Positions 45,126 to 55,140 are shown, counted from the stretch's first letter. The stretch: 64,000 nucleotides of DNA from Coraliomargarita sp. (GCA_965216325.1 OZ244160.1:1248001-1312000), one strand, 5' to 3'. Program-made: numbers and translations. The notes: generated from the sequence alone by a model not told the origin.

Positions 45126-47978
45126 CTACGAACGCATCGCCTGCTGCGTTGGCGTCTCCAGAGCATTCTTAAAGTCGAGTGCATTGCCGGCATAGACTAA
45201 CTCACCTCCAGCATCGCCCCCCTCGGGTCCGAGTTCGAGGATCCAGTCAGCCATGCCGATCACATCCAGATCGTGCTCAATCACGACAATGGTGTTGCCC
45301 GCATCACGCAGTTTAAACAGCAAGTCCATCAAACGCTGCACGTCCAACCAATGTAAGCCCGTCGTCGGTTCATCCAAAATATAAAGCGTCTCTCCCTGCT
45401 GACGCTTGCTCAGCTCTAACGATAATTTAATGCGCTGCGCCTCACCCCCTGAGAGTGTCGTTGCAGGCTGACCGAGTTTGATATAGCCCAAGCCCACATC
45501 CGACAGGGTGCGGAGTTTTTCGTAGATACGCGGCTGTTTGTCAAACACCTCGAGTGCTTCATCGACACTCATCTCCAACACATCGGCAATACTGAGTCCC
45601 TTAAAGCGCACATCCAGCGTCTCACGGTTATAACGTCGCCCATGACAGCTGGGACACTCGGTATACACATCCGCCATGAACTGCATATCCAGCTTAATCA
45701 CCCCATCGCCCTTGCAGCGCTCACAACGCCCACCGGATATATTGAAACTAAAGCGGCTGCTCTTGTAGCCACGAATTTTTGCCAGCGAACACTTGGCAAA
45801 CAAATCACGCAATTGATCAAACAACTTGGTATAGGTCGCCGGATTCGAGCGTGGGCTGCGGCCAATGGGATCCTGATTGACCTGCACGACCGAGCTAAAA
45901 TTGTCCAAGCCTTCAATCCGCTGATGCTTCCCCGGGATCGACTTTGCGCGATTCAATTTAAAGGCCGCGGCCTTTGCGAGGATGTCATTCACCAGAGTGC
46001 TCTTACCCGAACCCGACATACCGCACACCACGGTCAACAAACCCACCGGCAGCCGTGCATCGATCGCTTTCAAGTTGTGCTCCTTCGCACCACGCACGAT
46101 CAACCAATCTGTCTTTGGCTCCAGTGTTTCCACATATTTCTCCACGCGCTGAGCCCCCGACAGAAACATCCCGGAACGACTGGACTTCGATTGATACAAT
46201 TCCTGCGGCGCACCTTCGAAAATCACCTCGCCTCCTTGGCTCCCCGCACCCGGTCCCAGTTCGATCAGATGGTCCGCGGCACGCATCGTGTCGCCGTCGT
46301 GCTCCACGACCACCACCGAATTCCCCCGATCACGTAGACCCACGAGCGTCTTAATCAGTCGGCGATTATCCAAGGGGTGCAGCCCGATACTGGGCTCGTC
46401 CAATAGATAGACGACGCCAACGAGCGACATTCCCAACTGTGTCGCCAAGCGCACACGCTGCGCCTCCCCGCCACTCAGCGTGGCATAGGCACGCTCGAGC
46501 GTCAGGTAGCTTAGGCCAACTTCATTCAAGAAAGACAAGCGTGACGACAAGCCACGCACCGCATCACTCACCGTCTGATAACGATCGCTGGCCTGTAACT
46601 TCGCCACAAAGGCTCCGGCCTCCTGCAAGGACATCCTCAGAAAGTCCGTAATTGAGATGCCTTCTATGAGCACATTCAAACTCGCAGCATTCAAACGCTT
46701 GCCACCACAGGTCGCACAACGACTACTGGTTTGATAGGCCATCAGCCGTGCACGCAGGCCATCGCTGCTGGTGCTGCGGCGCGTTGCCTCCAAGTCAGCC
46801 AACACCCCTTCGTAGGGCATCATCTCCGGCTTCGAGTTGCCACCCTTTAGCTTAAAGCTAAACAAGCGCTCACCGGTGCCCTGCAAAATTTGTTCGCGCA
46901 CCGCCTCGTCCAATTCCTCCCAGGGCAGATTCGGATCGAACGGTAACTGCTCCGCGAGCTGTTTCAGAATCGCATTGTGTTTAATGATCATCTGCTTCGA
47001 TCCGAGACGCCAAGGCTTGATCGCGCCCTTTTTCACCGACTTCGATGTATCCGGCACCAACAACTCGGGCTGAAATTGCAAGGTCTCGCCCAAGCCACCG
47101 CAGGTCTCGCACGCACCCTCTGCATGGTTCCACGAAAAGTGGCGTGGCGTGACCGGCTCATAGACCGTGCCGCAGACGACGCAACTCAAGCGATTGCTCA
47201 AGGCCAACTCTCGCCAGTCCTCACTGCCTCGCTCTTGGATCAAAATAAGTGCTCGGTCGTCGCCCTCACTAAAGGCCAACTCCAGGGAATCTGCCAAACG
47301 ACTGCGCTGATCCTCGCGCAAGACGATACGATCCACCACGATCTCAACCGTGATCTCTTTCGCCTTGGAATCAATCAAGTCACGCTCGTCCAAGCGACGC
47401 ACCTCGCCGTTCAAACGAACGCGCTGAAAGCCCCGCTGCTGTAAGCGTGGCAACTCCTCACGCAAGATCGCCGGCTTGCTCACCATCCACGGAGCCAGAA
47501 TCATCAGTCGACTGCCTTCCGGCTCCGCAAACACACGCGTCAGGCAATCATCCATCGAACGGCGCTCGATCAAGCCACCATCCTTCGGGCAATACGCCGT
47601 GCCACAGACCGACCAAAGCACACGCGCAAAGTCAGCAATCTCGGTAACGGTTGCCACCGTGCTGCGCGGATTCGCCCCACTACCCGTGCGCTGCTCCACT
47701 GCAATCACCGGCGACAGTCCCTCGATGAAATCGACATCCGGGCGCGGGATCTGCTCCAGCACCATGCGCGCTTTGGTCGACAAGCTATCAATATACTTGC
47801 GGTAGCCTTCGGCATAGACCGTATCAAAGGCCAACGACGACTTGCCCGATCCACTCACACCAGTGATCACCACCAATTGATTGCGTGGAATATCAACGCT
47901 AATGTTGCGAAGGTTATGTTCACGCGCGCCGTTCACAGATATGGTCTCGGCTATCGGGCTGGAATCAGGCGTTTTCAT
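45126..47978 (-). CDS. uvrA: Excinuclease ABC subunit A
   Basis: [21 protein letters not shown], two LSGGEAQR motifs, PRSNPATY, zinc fingers. Confidence 0.97.
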   Translation of the reverse strand: MKTPDSSPIAETISVNGAREHNLRNISVDIPRNQLVVITGVSGSGKSSLAFDTVYAEGYRKYIDSLSTKARMVLEQIPRPDVDFIEGLSPVIAVEQRTGSGANPRSTVATVTEIADFARVLWSVCGTAYCPKDGGLIERRSMDDCLTRVFAEPEGSRLMILAPWMVSKPAILREELPRLQQRGFQRVRLNGEVRRLDERDLIDSKAKEITVEIVVDRIVLREDQRSRLADSLELAFSEGDDRALILIQERGSEDWRELALSNRLSCVVCGTVYEPVTPRHFSWNHAEGACETCGGLGETLQFQPELLVPDTSKSVKKGAIKPWRLGSKQMIIKHNAILKQLAEQLPFDPNLPWEELDEAVREQILQGTGERLFSFKLKGGNSKPEMMPYEGVLADLEATRRSTSSDGLRARLMAYQTSSRCATCGGKRLNAASLNVLIEGISITDFLRMSLQEAGAFVAKLQASDRYQTVSDAVRGLSSRLSFLNEVGLSYLTLERAYATLSGGEAQRVRLATQLGMSLVGVVYLLDEPSIGLHPLDNRRLIKTLVGLRDRGNSVVVVEHDGDTMRAADHLIELGPGAGSQGGEVIFEGAPQELYQSKSSRSGMFLSGAQRVEKYVETLEPKTDWLIVRGAKEHNLKAIDARLPVGLLTVVCGMSGSGKSTLVNDILAKAAAFKLNRAKSIPGKHQRIEGLDNFSSVVQVNQDPIGRSPRSNPATYTKLFDQLRDLFAKCSLAKIRGYKSSRFSFNISGGRCERCKGDGVIKLDMQFMADVYTECPSCHGRRYNRETLDVRFKGLSIADVLEMSVDEALEVFDKQPRIYEKLRTLSDVGLGYIKLGQPATTLSGGEAQRIKLSLELSKRQQGETLYILDEPTTGLHWLDVQRLMDLLFKLRDAGNTIVVIEHDLDVIGMADWILELGPEGGDAGGELVYAGNALDFKNALETPTQQAMRS

Positions 47979-48091
47979 CGCAACAAACCTTTAATCTATA
48001 ACAGGCTTTTTCAGGCGCGCAAACCCATAAAAAACGCGCGAAAAACGGCGTTTTACGTTGTCAGGTAGCAGCCCAGAACTAGTATAACACT

Positions 48092-48379
48092 ATGAGCCAA
48101 GCAATGTTACCCATTCTCTACGTTAAGTCCGGTTGCCCTTGGTGTCGCGAGGCACTTGCTTACTTCAACGGCCAGGGGGTCGAGCTCGATGTACGCGACG
48201 TTACGACCAACCCAAAGGACATGGATGCGATGGTGAACATCAGTGGCCAAACCAAAGCCCCGACCTTCGAGTATGAGGATTTTGTGGTCGCCGACTTCTC
48301 GGTGGATGAATTCCTCGCCGAGCTTAACGACTTCCCTGAAGTGCGCCACAATCTTGGACTCAGCGATAGCGACGGCTAA
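48092..48379 (+). CDS. Glutaredoxin family protein
   Basis: LYVKSGCPWC, SGQTKAPT. Confidence 0.88.
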   Translation: MSQAMLPILYVKSGCPWCREALAYFNGQGVELDVRDVTTNPKDMDAMVNISGQTKAPTFEYEDFVVADFSVDEFLAELNDFPEVRHNLGLSDSDG

Positions 48380-48406
48380 CTGTAGCACATAGATCCTCCA
48401 CTTTTT

Positions 48407-48435
48407 AACGTCTACTCACCCGGTAGGCGTTTTTT
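48407..48435 (+). terminator. Intrinsic terminator
   Basis: AACGTCTAC...GTAGGCGTT stem with T tract. Confidence 0.6.
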
Positions 48436-48446
48436 GTGCTCCTAGC

Positions 48447-48675
48447 GTAGCATGCAGCTTTAGCAAACGCTTCTCAAAAGGCTATATATCAGCAAGACCA
48501 CACCGCCCTGATGCATGCTAGACATACGGCTGCATCAGCTCGTGCACAGTAGAGCGTTTGCTAAAGCTGCACGCTACGCCCCAAGAACCAAGGTCTAGCA
48601 CAAAGGTTGGGACGGCTGCTTCCAGCCGTCCGCCGAACCGCTACAACACCGGGCGCATGAGGCATGCGTCCCTAG
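48447..48675. repeat. Two REP-like doublets (48447-48577, 48606-48675)
   Basis: GTAGCATGCAGCTTTAGCAAACGC / GCGTTTGCTAAAGCTGCACGCTAC long inverted repeat. Confidence 0.7.
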
Positions 48676-48737
48676 CTCCTCAATACTGTAAATTAGCATC
48701 GCTAATGCAGAGTCGAAAACTTGGCGCACTTTTCTTA

Positions 48738-48751
48738 TTGATTAGAATCAA
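48738..48751 (+). promoter_or_regulatory. FNR/Crp-family binding box
   Basis: Exact TTGAT-N4-ATCAA; candidate -10 TAGATT at 48774-48779 fits class II spacing. Confidence 0.65.
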
Positions 48752-48813
48752 TTAAGCTGCAAATTTCCTGCATTAGATTTTCTGATCCTAACTTTATCCA
48801 ATAATAAAAACTC

Positions 48814-50283
48814 ATGACTGCTCAAAAGTTTAAAAATCGTTGGCTCGTCGCGGCAAGTGCCGTGGGTGTGCACGTATCGATCGGCTCGATCTACGCCTAC
48901 AGCGCGTGGAAGATGCCTTTGGAAAACATGTTCGGCTGGTCTCCGAGCGCGACAACGGGCGCCTTCAGCCTCGCCATTTTCTTCCTCGGCTTGTCCGCCG
49001 CCTTTCTTGGGCGCTTCATTGAGAAAAAGGGCCCTTCCAAAGGTGGCCTGCTCTCGGCAGCCTTTTTCTGCGTGGGTCTGATCGGCGCAGGTGTGGCCTG
49101 CCTCATGGGCAGCCTGCCGTTGTTCTATCTGTTCTTTGGCGTCGTCAGTGGTATCGGCCTCGGGGTCGGCTACATTTCGCCGGTCTCAACGCTGGTTAAA
49201 TGGTTCCCCGACCGCCGTGGTCTCGCGACCGGCTTGGCGATTATGGGCTTCGGCTTCGGCGGACTCATCTGTGCGCGCCTGATCGACGTGCTGGTGCCCG
49301 TAGAGCAAGAGCTGACCATTCCCAAGTATGTTCAGGTCGTGGATGGCGAAGCAGCCGCTCCGCTCAACAAGGTTGAATTCGTGCAAGACTACTTGGCAAA
49401 AACTCCGGAAGAGCAAACTGCCATCGCGGGCACCCCTGTGCCGGAAGGCGTCGAAAGCCAGAAGGTGTTGGTCTATGATCCCAAGAAAATCGCCTACGCC
49501 TTCATGATTCTCGGCGTGCTGTATGCCTGTGTGATGGTGCCCTCCGCGCTCTACATCGCACCACCGCCCAAGGAGTGGGTCGAGGCCTACATGCAAGGCA
49601 TCCCGCAAAAGGCCAAAGCCGCCGCAAGCAAGAGCAACGAGCTCACCGCGAAACAAGCCATCAAAACCTTCGGTTTCTATGGACTCTGGCTAATGCTCTT
49701 CATCAACGTCTCCTGCGGCATCGCCCTCATCGCGACTGCGAAAAAAATGGGCTACGAAATGGTTCACCTCTCCGCGGCGATGTCGACCTGGCTGGTCATG
49801 GGCATCTCACTCTTTAATGGCTTGGGCCGTATCTTCTGGGCATCGATCTCCGACTTTATCGGACGTTCCAACACCTACATCGCATTCTTTGCCTTACAGA
49901 TCATCGCCTTCCCCCTGCTCGCCCACATCACCGCGACACCAGTCGTCTTCATGATCGTCACCTTTGTCATCCTGACTTGCTATGGCGGCGGCTTTGCATC
50001 GATCCCCGCGTATATCAGCGACCTGTTCGGCGTGAAGGAAATGCCCACCATCCACGGCTACATCCTCACCGCATGGTCCCTCGCAGGCGTCTGTGGTCCG
50101 ACGATCAACTCTTTCGTGTATGAGCGCACCCAGAGTTACCAAGGCAGTCTTTACGTCTTCGGTGGCGCTTTCGTGGTCGCGCTCATCGTGGCGATCCTCA
50201 TGAAGTTCGAGATCAAGCGCCTCAAGCATCACTACACCGACGCCGAAGTCGAAGCAGCCCGTCCACACACGCACGACGTGTAG
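48814..50283 (+). CDS. MFS transporter, oxalate/formate antiporter (OFA) family
   Basis: [50 protein letters not shown]. Confidence 0.9.
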   Translation: MTAQKFKNRWLVAASAVGVHVSIGSIYAYSAWKMPLENMFGWSPSATTGAFSLAIFFLGLSAAFLGRFIEKKGPSKGGLLSAAFFCVGLIGAGVACLMGSLPLFYLFFGVVSGIGLGVGYISPVSTLVKWFPDRRGLATGLAIMGFGFGGLICARLIDVLVPVEQELTIPKYVQVVDGEAAAPLNKVEFVQDYLAKTPEEQTAIAGTPVPEGVESQKVLVYDPKKIAYAFMILGVLYACVMVPSALYIAPPPKEWVEAYMQGIPQKAKAAASKSNELTAKQAIKTFGFYGLWLMLFINVSCGIALIATAKKMGYEMVHLSAAMSTWLVMGISLFNGLGRIFWASISDFIGRSNTYIAFFALQIIAFPLLAHITATPVVFMIVTFVILTCYGGGFASIPAYISDLFGVKEMPTIHGYILTAWSLAGVCGPTINSFVYERTQSYQGSLYVFGGAFVVALIVAILMKFEIKRLKHHYTDAEVEAARPHTHDV

Positions 50284-50286
50284 AAA

Positions 50287-50356
50287 GTAGAAGCGCGCTT
50301 CCAGCCGCTTCCATTCCAACCATCTAACAGCGGCTGCCTCGGCGAGGCAGCCCTAC
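50287..50356. repeat. GTAG-type REP doublet
   Basis: GTAG...GGCTGCCTCGGCGAGGCAGCCCTAC. Confidence 0.65.
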
Positions 50357-50383
50357 CTATTTGCCTCCGACCACCGTATCCGG

Positions 50384-51337
50384 ATGACCACTACAGACTA
50401 TCCATGGGGGCATCAACGGCGCTTCAACGCCTACCCTCAGTATTTCAAGAAGCACTTTGGCGCACGCGTGCAGAAAGTGTCGATTGATGCCGGATTCAGC
50501 TGCCCAAACCGCGACGGCACCGTGAGCTTCGGTGGCTGCACGTTTTGCGATAACGACTCCTTCAACCCCTCCTACTGTCAGCCCGACAAACCCGTCGCAC
50601 AACAGATCGAAGAAGGCATCCGTTTTCATAGCAAACGCTACCACAAGCCCAAACAACACCTCGCCTACTTCCAAGCTTACACGAACACCCACGCCCCACT
50701 CCGCACACTCAAAGCACTCTACGATGAGGCACTCAGCGTGCCCAACATCGTCGGCCTGGTCATCGGCACACGGCCCGACTGCATCGATGCGGAGAAGCTC
50801 AACTACTTCCGGGAACTCGCGGAGACGCAATACGTCATTCTCGAAATCGGCATCGAGTCCTGCTACGATGCCACCCTCAAACGCATCAACCGTGGCCACA
50901 ACTACCAGCAAGCCGTCGACGCCATCGAGCTCACCGCGGAATATGGCGTCAAAGTCGGCAGTCACCTCATCTTCGGCCTCCCCGGCGAAAGCGAAGACAT
51001 GATGCTCGCGCAAGCCGAGCTGCTTTCGAAACTACCGCTCAACACCATCAAATTCCATCAGCTCAATCTGGTGCGCGGCACCGCGATGGTAAAAGACTTC
51101 GAGAAGCACCCCGACGATTTCCGCTTCTTCGAACTCGACGAGTATCTCGACTTCATGGTGCGCTTCATCGAGCAACTCAATCCCAGCATTGTCATCGAAC
51201 GCTTCTTCAGCGAAGCGCCCCCCGCCGATAACTTGACACCGATTCAATGGGGCCTGCGCAACGACCAGATGCTCAATCTACTGGAACGAGAGCTCGAGCA
51301 ACGCAACGCCTGGCAGGGACGCCTCTATTCCGACTAA
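50384..51337 (+). CDS. TIGR01212-type (YhcC-like) radical SAM protein
   Basis: GFSCPNRDG...[27 protein letters not shown]. Confidence 0.92.
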   Translation: MTTTDYPWGHQRRFNAYPQYFKKHFGARVQKVSIDAGFSCPNRDGTVSFGGCTFCDNDSFNPSYCQPDKPVAQQIEEGIRFHSKRYHKPKQHLAYFQAYTNTHAPLRTLKALYDEALSVPNIVGLVIGTRPDCIDAEKLNYFRELAETQYVILEIGIESCYDATLKRINRGHNYQQAVDAIELTAEYGVKVGSHLIFGLPGESEDMMLAQAELLSKLPLNTIKFHQLNLVRGTAMVKDFEKHPDDFRFFELDEYLDFMVRFIEQLNPSIVIERFFSEAPPADNLTPIQWGLRNDQMLNLLERELEQRNAWQGRLYSD

Positions 51338-51526
51338 CACTGCAAAAATAGACGGTTGCACATACCTCCGATAAGTCCGCTAGCATCTTGTCACAAAATG
51401 TGGATAACACCGATTTGGAATGTTATCTTATTAGGCTAACGTGAAATACCTTGCGCCATTTGCATTTCAGGACAACAAATTGGAATATTAGCACAAAATG
51501 ATACAATAACTTGTTCGGTAAAAATA

Positions 51527-51796
51527 ATGGAAGCAATACGATACTCGACAGGCGAAATCGTAAAGAAAGGCGATCAAGTCGTGATCACCCATTCACTGGC
51601 TTCCAGACTTATTTCGATCCTAACACTTAAGCCTAAAGGAAAAACAGAAAAAGGAACTGTTGTAGGAGTCTACGATCCCGATCAGCCAATAATTCCAAAT
51701 GGAGAAAATGAGTATGGGATCTGCATCAAGTATCCGGATGGCCATTGGAGCTGGGGAGTCCCAGGAAGCGAAACCAAACTTAAACGAAGAAACTAA
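51527..51796 (+). CDS. Hypothetical cassette protein (89 aa)
   Basis: AT-rich ORF starting 7 nt after GTTCGGT and ending 3 nt before ACCGAAC. Confidence 0.75.
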   Translation: MEAIRYSTGEIVKKGDQVVITHSLASRLISILTLKPKGKTEKGTVVGVYDPDQPIIPNGENEYGICIKYPDGHWSWGVPGSETKLKRRN

Positions 51797-51799
51797 AAC

Positions 51800-51855
51800 A
51801 CCGAACCCTGAAGTTATCAATCGCGCGCAGCCGCGTTGATAACTGATTGTTGAAC
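51800..51855 (+). other. attC-like site 1
   Basis: ACCGAAC-cctga-AGTTATCAA...TTGATAACT-gatt-GTTGAAC. Confidence 0.75.
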
Positions 51856-52154
51856 AAGCCCGCCCTTGGATTAACGGCGCGGCTTAGTATATGCGAAACG
51901 CTTTTGGCGGCACTGCTGGAGGGGCGTTCGGATCGACGCGGCTAGGAGATTTGTAAATCTCAAGCTGCGGCAGGCATGTGGTTTTCCGGCATCATGCCGT
52001 AAAACCACATCAGCACAGAGAGTTGGTGTGGGCGCAGCTAAATAATGGCGTTTTCGTATCCACGCTACGGATACATCCCAAAAACGGGCACAAGCAAGCA
52101 CGGCCCAAATCTGATGGGATTCGGGGCTGCGGCCTGTCTGTTGAACACGGTTGA

Positions 52155-53258
52155 TCATTTGCGGTAAAGTAAGGCGGTGCTCAGCGGTGGGCCACGGACT
52201 GGACGGAGCTTGCCGACGCGGTGCAGCTGCCCCTCGCAACAAGGACAACGCAGAGGCTGTTCTTCAGGTAGTTGGATCGCAGGTGCACGGCCGCCGAGCA
52301 GGAAGCGCAGCCTGCGGTATTTATCCCGCGCGGCAGCTGAGAGGGTGCCATAGTGCCGCACGCGTGTCAGCCCCTTGGGCAGAACATGCAGCAGCCAGCG
52401 GCGTATCAGCTCGGCGGGCTCAAGAGCCATCAGCCTGCGCTGGCCCGTAGCCGAATCGGTCCACCATAGCCGCACACGCCCTTGCGCATCGTAACCAGCC
52501 AGACGTTCTTCACTGAAGGCGCTCTTGCCCACATACGCCGCGAGGTAGCGTAGTGCACGTTTGCCACGACCAACCGGTTGAACGTTCACGTTCCAATCCA
52601 TACGCGCGAGTTGTGGATCCAGTTCAGCAGACCGGCCCGGATGTTTCTCGCGCAACGCACGCAGGAACTGGTCGCGATAGCTGCGCGCCAGCGCGGCATA
52701 CGGCAACAGGTAGTTCTCGTGCTTGGCGCGGATTACTTCGCATCCGCTCTGGCTGAGTGCAGCGGCAGGCACGAGCACGTGCACATGCGGGTGATACTGC
52801 ACTTGCCGTGTCCACGTATGCAGCACCGCCACAAAGCCCGGCTCGCCACCAAAGTGCTTCGGATTGGCAAACAGTTCTTTGATCGCTCCAGAGCTGGCCG
52901 CGAACAACAACTGATAGGCGACCCGGTCGTAGCGCAGGAAGAACCCGCGCAGTTGCTCGGGCACCGTGAAGGTCAGCATGAAGTATGGCACCGGTAAGCG
53001 GCGAGCCTGTTGGCGTGCTGACCACAGCTGCTGCGTGCGCCCTCCACAACTCGGACAGGCTCGATGGTTGCAGCTGTGATACACATAGTGCTCACGCTCG
53101 CAACTGGCACACAGGTGCACATGCCCGCCCAATCTAGACGTGCGACAACTCAAGACGGCTTCGACTGCTCGCCAGTGTGCGGCAGGGATCTTGTGTGCCC
53201 CGCCGCGCGCGCTGACATACTCCGGCCAATGCCGCCGCAGTAGATCGGCCAGCCTCAA
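52155..53258 (-). CDS. IS91-family (Y2 HUH) transposase with N-terminal Zn-binding domain
   Basis: CRTSRLGG..C..C, HSCNHRACPSC, LHTW, HPHVH (HUH), YLAAY (YxxxY), VRHYG; TTG start overlaps the recombinase TGA. Confidence 0.93.
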   Translation of the reverse strand: MRLADLLRRHWPEYVSARGGAHKIPAAHWRAVEAVLSCRTSRLGGHVHLCASCEREHYVYHSCNHRACPSCGGRTQQLWSARQQARRLPVPYFMLTFTVPEQLRGFFLRYDRVAYQLLFAASSGAIKELFANPKHFGGEPGFVAVLHTWTRQVQYHPHVHVLVPAAALSQSGCEVIRAKHENYLLPYAALARSYRDQFLRALREKHPGRSAELDPQLARMDWNVNVQPVGRGKRALRYLAAYVGKSAFSEERLAGYDAQGRVRLWWTDSATGQRRLMALEPAELIRRWLLHVLPKGLTRVRHYGTLSAAARDKYRRLRFLLGGRAPAIQLPEEQPLRCPCCEGQLHRVGKLRPVRGPPLSTALLYRK

Positions 53259-54220
53259 CGCTTGCTGCGCTTCGACAAGGCCGGAGCGATCACACTGTCA
53301 AACAGTGCGCTCTGGCTCTGGCGGCCACCTTCTTCACTTAGCTCGGTTACATGCAGATACACCAGCGTGCTCTTCAGTTCCGAGTGGCCGAGATAGCGAC
53401 TGACCTGACGAATCGACACCCCGTCCTCCAGCAAATGTGTGGCAAAACTATGCCGCAAGGTATGCACCGTGAAGTGCTTGTTGATGCCACTATTGGCGCG
53501 GATGATCCGCATCGCCATCTCCAGCGCCGAGCTGCTCATCGGCTTGGCGCTGCGGTGCATCGCCTGCGCCTGAGAGATGCCTGACTGCTTCCAGCCGCGC
53601 CCCACGCCAGGGAACAGCCAGTCCGGATTGCGGTGGCACTTATAAAATGCCCGCAACCGCTTGACCATTGCCGGGCAAATCGGCACCTCACGCGCCTTGT
53701 TGCCCTTGCCATGGCGCACGCGAACGACGCCGCGTCCAGAGTGGATATCCGTCGGCTTGAGCTGCAAGGCCTCCTGTAAACGCAAACCACAGTGATAGAT
53801 CAGCGAGAGCACCGCCCGAAAGCGACCCTCATGCACACAGGCCAGCACACGCCGCACCTCGTCGCGCGTGAGCACGCTCGGCAAAGGCTCGCGCCGCTGC
53901 AGCGTGAACTCCGACCACAGCTTCCACTCCCGGGCCAGCACATCACGGTAAAGCGTCCGAATCGGCACCAGCGCCTGATTCACCGTTGACGCGGCCAGCT
54001 TTTGGTCGTCGCGCAGGTAGATCAGATAGTCCAACACCTGACGTTCCGATAGACGGCGCAACCCCGGGCCCTTCGGTTGGTAGTGCTCGCCCAAGCGATT
54101 GACCCAATCCAGATAAGCCTTACGACTACGAGGCGAGTGAGCTTTGCTATGGACATGCGCATAGAACTGTTGATACGTTTGCGAACACTGAGTCTTTGAT
54201 GATTTGGTATTTTTTTTCAT
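53255..54220 (-). CDS. Tyrosine recombinase with SAM-like N-terminal domain, no integron-specific insertion
   Basis: STVNQA, LPSVLT, GLR, GKGNK, HTLRHSFATHLL, LGH, catalytic Y in LVY. Confidence 0.93.
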   Translation of the reverse strand: MKKNTKSSKTQCSQTYQQFYAHVHSKAHSPRSRKAYLDWVNRLGEHYQPKGPGLRRLSERQVLDYLIYLRDDQKLAASTVNQALVPIRTLYRDVLAREWKLWSEFTLQRREPLPSVLTRDEVRRVLACVHEGRFRAVLSLIYHCGLRLQEALQLKPTDIHSGRGVVRVRHGKGNKAREVPICPAMVKRLRAFYKCHRNPDWLFPGVGRGWKQSGISQAQAMHRSAKPMSSSALEMAMRIIRANSGINKHFTVHTLRHSFATHLLEDGVSIRQVSRYLGHSELKSTLVYLHVTELSEEGGRQSQSALFDSVIAPALSKRSKR

Positions 54221-54444
54221 CCGGGCAGGTTGGGGCAACTCAGCCTAGCCCGGAACTTTTGACTTTAGAAACCACCCACCAAGACGCCCAAGCACTTAAC
54301 CAACAGCCGCCGCGCAGCGGCTTTGTTCAACCAGACGCATTGAGCAACGGCTATACTTACGTCAGATTCTGGGTGATCGAGCTGTTTTTGATCCTTCTGG
54401 TGGCCATAGCAAGCTTGCCGATCATCCTCCCACACTTCCGGAAG

Positions 54445-54515
54445 ACAGATCAAGGCGGAGTGATCAACTCCGAGTCGCTACGCTCCTCTACTTGATCATG
54501 CTCCACGCTTTGGCT
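54445..54515 (+). other. Degenerate attC-like site 2
   Basis: GGAG-TGATCAA...TTGATCA-tg-CTCC arms; both core boxes altered (ACAGATC; GCTTTGGCT). Confidence 0.55.
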
Positions 54516-54528
54516 GAAAGAAGAAAAG

Positions 54529-54556
54529 TTGACAAGCGTACGCAATTACGCACGCT
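54529..54556 (+). promoter_or_regulatory. Toxin-antitoxin promoter/operator
   Basis: TTGACA -35 followed by near-palindrome AGCGTACG...CGCACGCT just upstream of the antitoxin ATG. Confidence 0.6.
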
Positions 54557-54565
54557 AACCTCATT

Positions 54566-54808
54566 ATGACTACTGTCACAGCAACTAAAGCGAGAAATAG
54601 CCTTTATAGCTTAATTGATGAAGCGAATGAATCGCACATCCCCATTCAAATTACAGGGAAGCGAGGTAATGCTGTGCTGGTTTCTGAAGATGATTGGAGA
54701 GCAATCTCCGAAACCATTCATCTCAGCATGATTCCTGGCATGATCGAATCGATCAAAGAAGGAATGAATGAGGAAATTGAAGACTGCAGCGACACTTTAG
54801 AATGGTGA
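54566..54808 (+). CDS. yefM: Phd/YefM family antitoxin
   Basis: ATKARNSLYSLIDE, PIQITGKRGNAVLVSEDDW, ETIHL. Confidence 0.9.
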   Translation: MTTVTATKARNSLYSLIDEANESHIPIQITGKRGNAVLVSEDDWRAISETIHLSMIPGMIESIKEGMNEEIEDCSDTLEW

Positions 54809-55068
54809 ACTATAAACTTGTTTTCACTAAACAAGCACTGAAGGACGCAAAGAAACTCTCAAAAAGTAACCTCAGGAAAAAAGCTGAAGACTTACTGGAA
54901 ATTCTAAAAGAGAATCCCTTCAAGAAACCGCCCGAATACGAAGCTCTCGTTGGCGATCTTCAGGGGAGCTATTCAAGACGAATAAACATACAGCACCGTA
55001 TTGTTTACCAAGTCTACGAAGAAGCGAGAATAGTGAAGGTTATCCGTATGTAGACTCACTACGGATAA
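54802..55068 (+). pseudogene. yoeB: Txe/YoeB family toxin with premature TAG at 55051-55053
   Basis: YEALVGDLQGSYSRRINIQHRIVY; reads KVIRM*THYG* where the family usually has MWTHYE. Confidence 0.8.
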
Positions 55069-55076
55069 TAGAAATG

Positions 55077-55133
55077 AGCCAACGAGTCGTCAGGGGACAA
55101 GGCCTAAAGGCGCGCCCAGACTCCACGTTCGAG
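55077..55133 (+). other. attC-like site 3
   Basis: AGCCAAC-GAGTCgTcaGGG...CCCAGACTC-cac-GTTCGAG with unpaired bases in the left arm. Confidence 0.7.
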
Positions 55134-55140
55134 CACACAA

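Larger units (their letters stand above)
51849..54331 (-). mobile_element. Tyrosine recombinase + IS91-type HUH transposase element
   Basis: Two coupled genes; inverted ends GTTGAACAAGCCCGC / GCGGCTTTGTTCAAC, each with a subterminal hairpin. Confidence 0.8.
51513..55133 (+). mobile_element. Integron gene-cassette array lacking an integron integrase in the window (CALIN-like)
   Basis: Three attC-like sites and matching core/inverse-core pairs (GTTCGGT/ACCGAAC; TTGGCT/AGCCAAC). Confidence 0.7.

Noticed and set aside
47979..48091. LexA box upstream of uvrA (also checked upstream of radD)
   Set aside because: No TGTTC-N4-GAACA or CTGT-N8-ACAG match was seen.
51871..52248. 125-aa minus-strand ORF downstream of the transposase
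   Set aside because: It overlaps the transposase end, has no motif, and crosses a hairpin-rich region better explained as non-coding.
53255..54220. Recombinase as the array's integron integrase IntI
   Set aside because: It lacks the IntI-specific insertion before the WLFP motif, lies inside the array, and is coupled to an IS91 transposase.
54196..54495. 99-aa plus-strand ORF as a real gene
   Set aside because: It spans the element end and attC-2. Only its 3' part looks like a cassette remnant.
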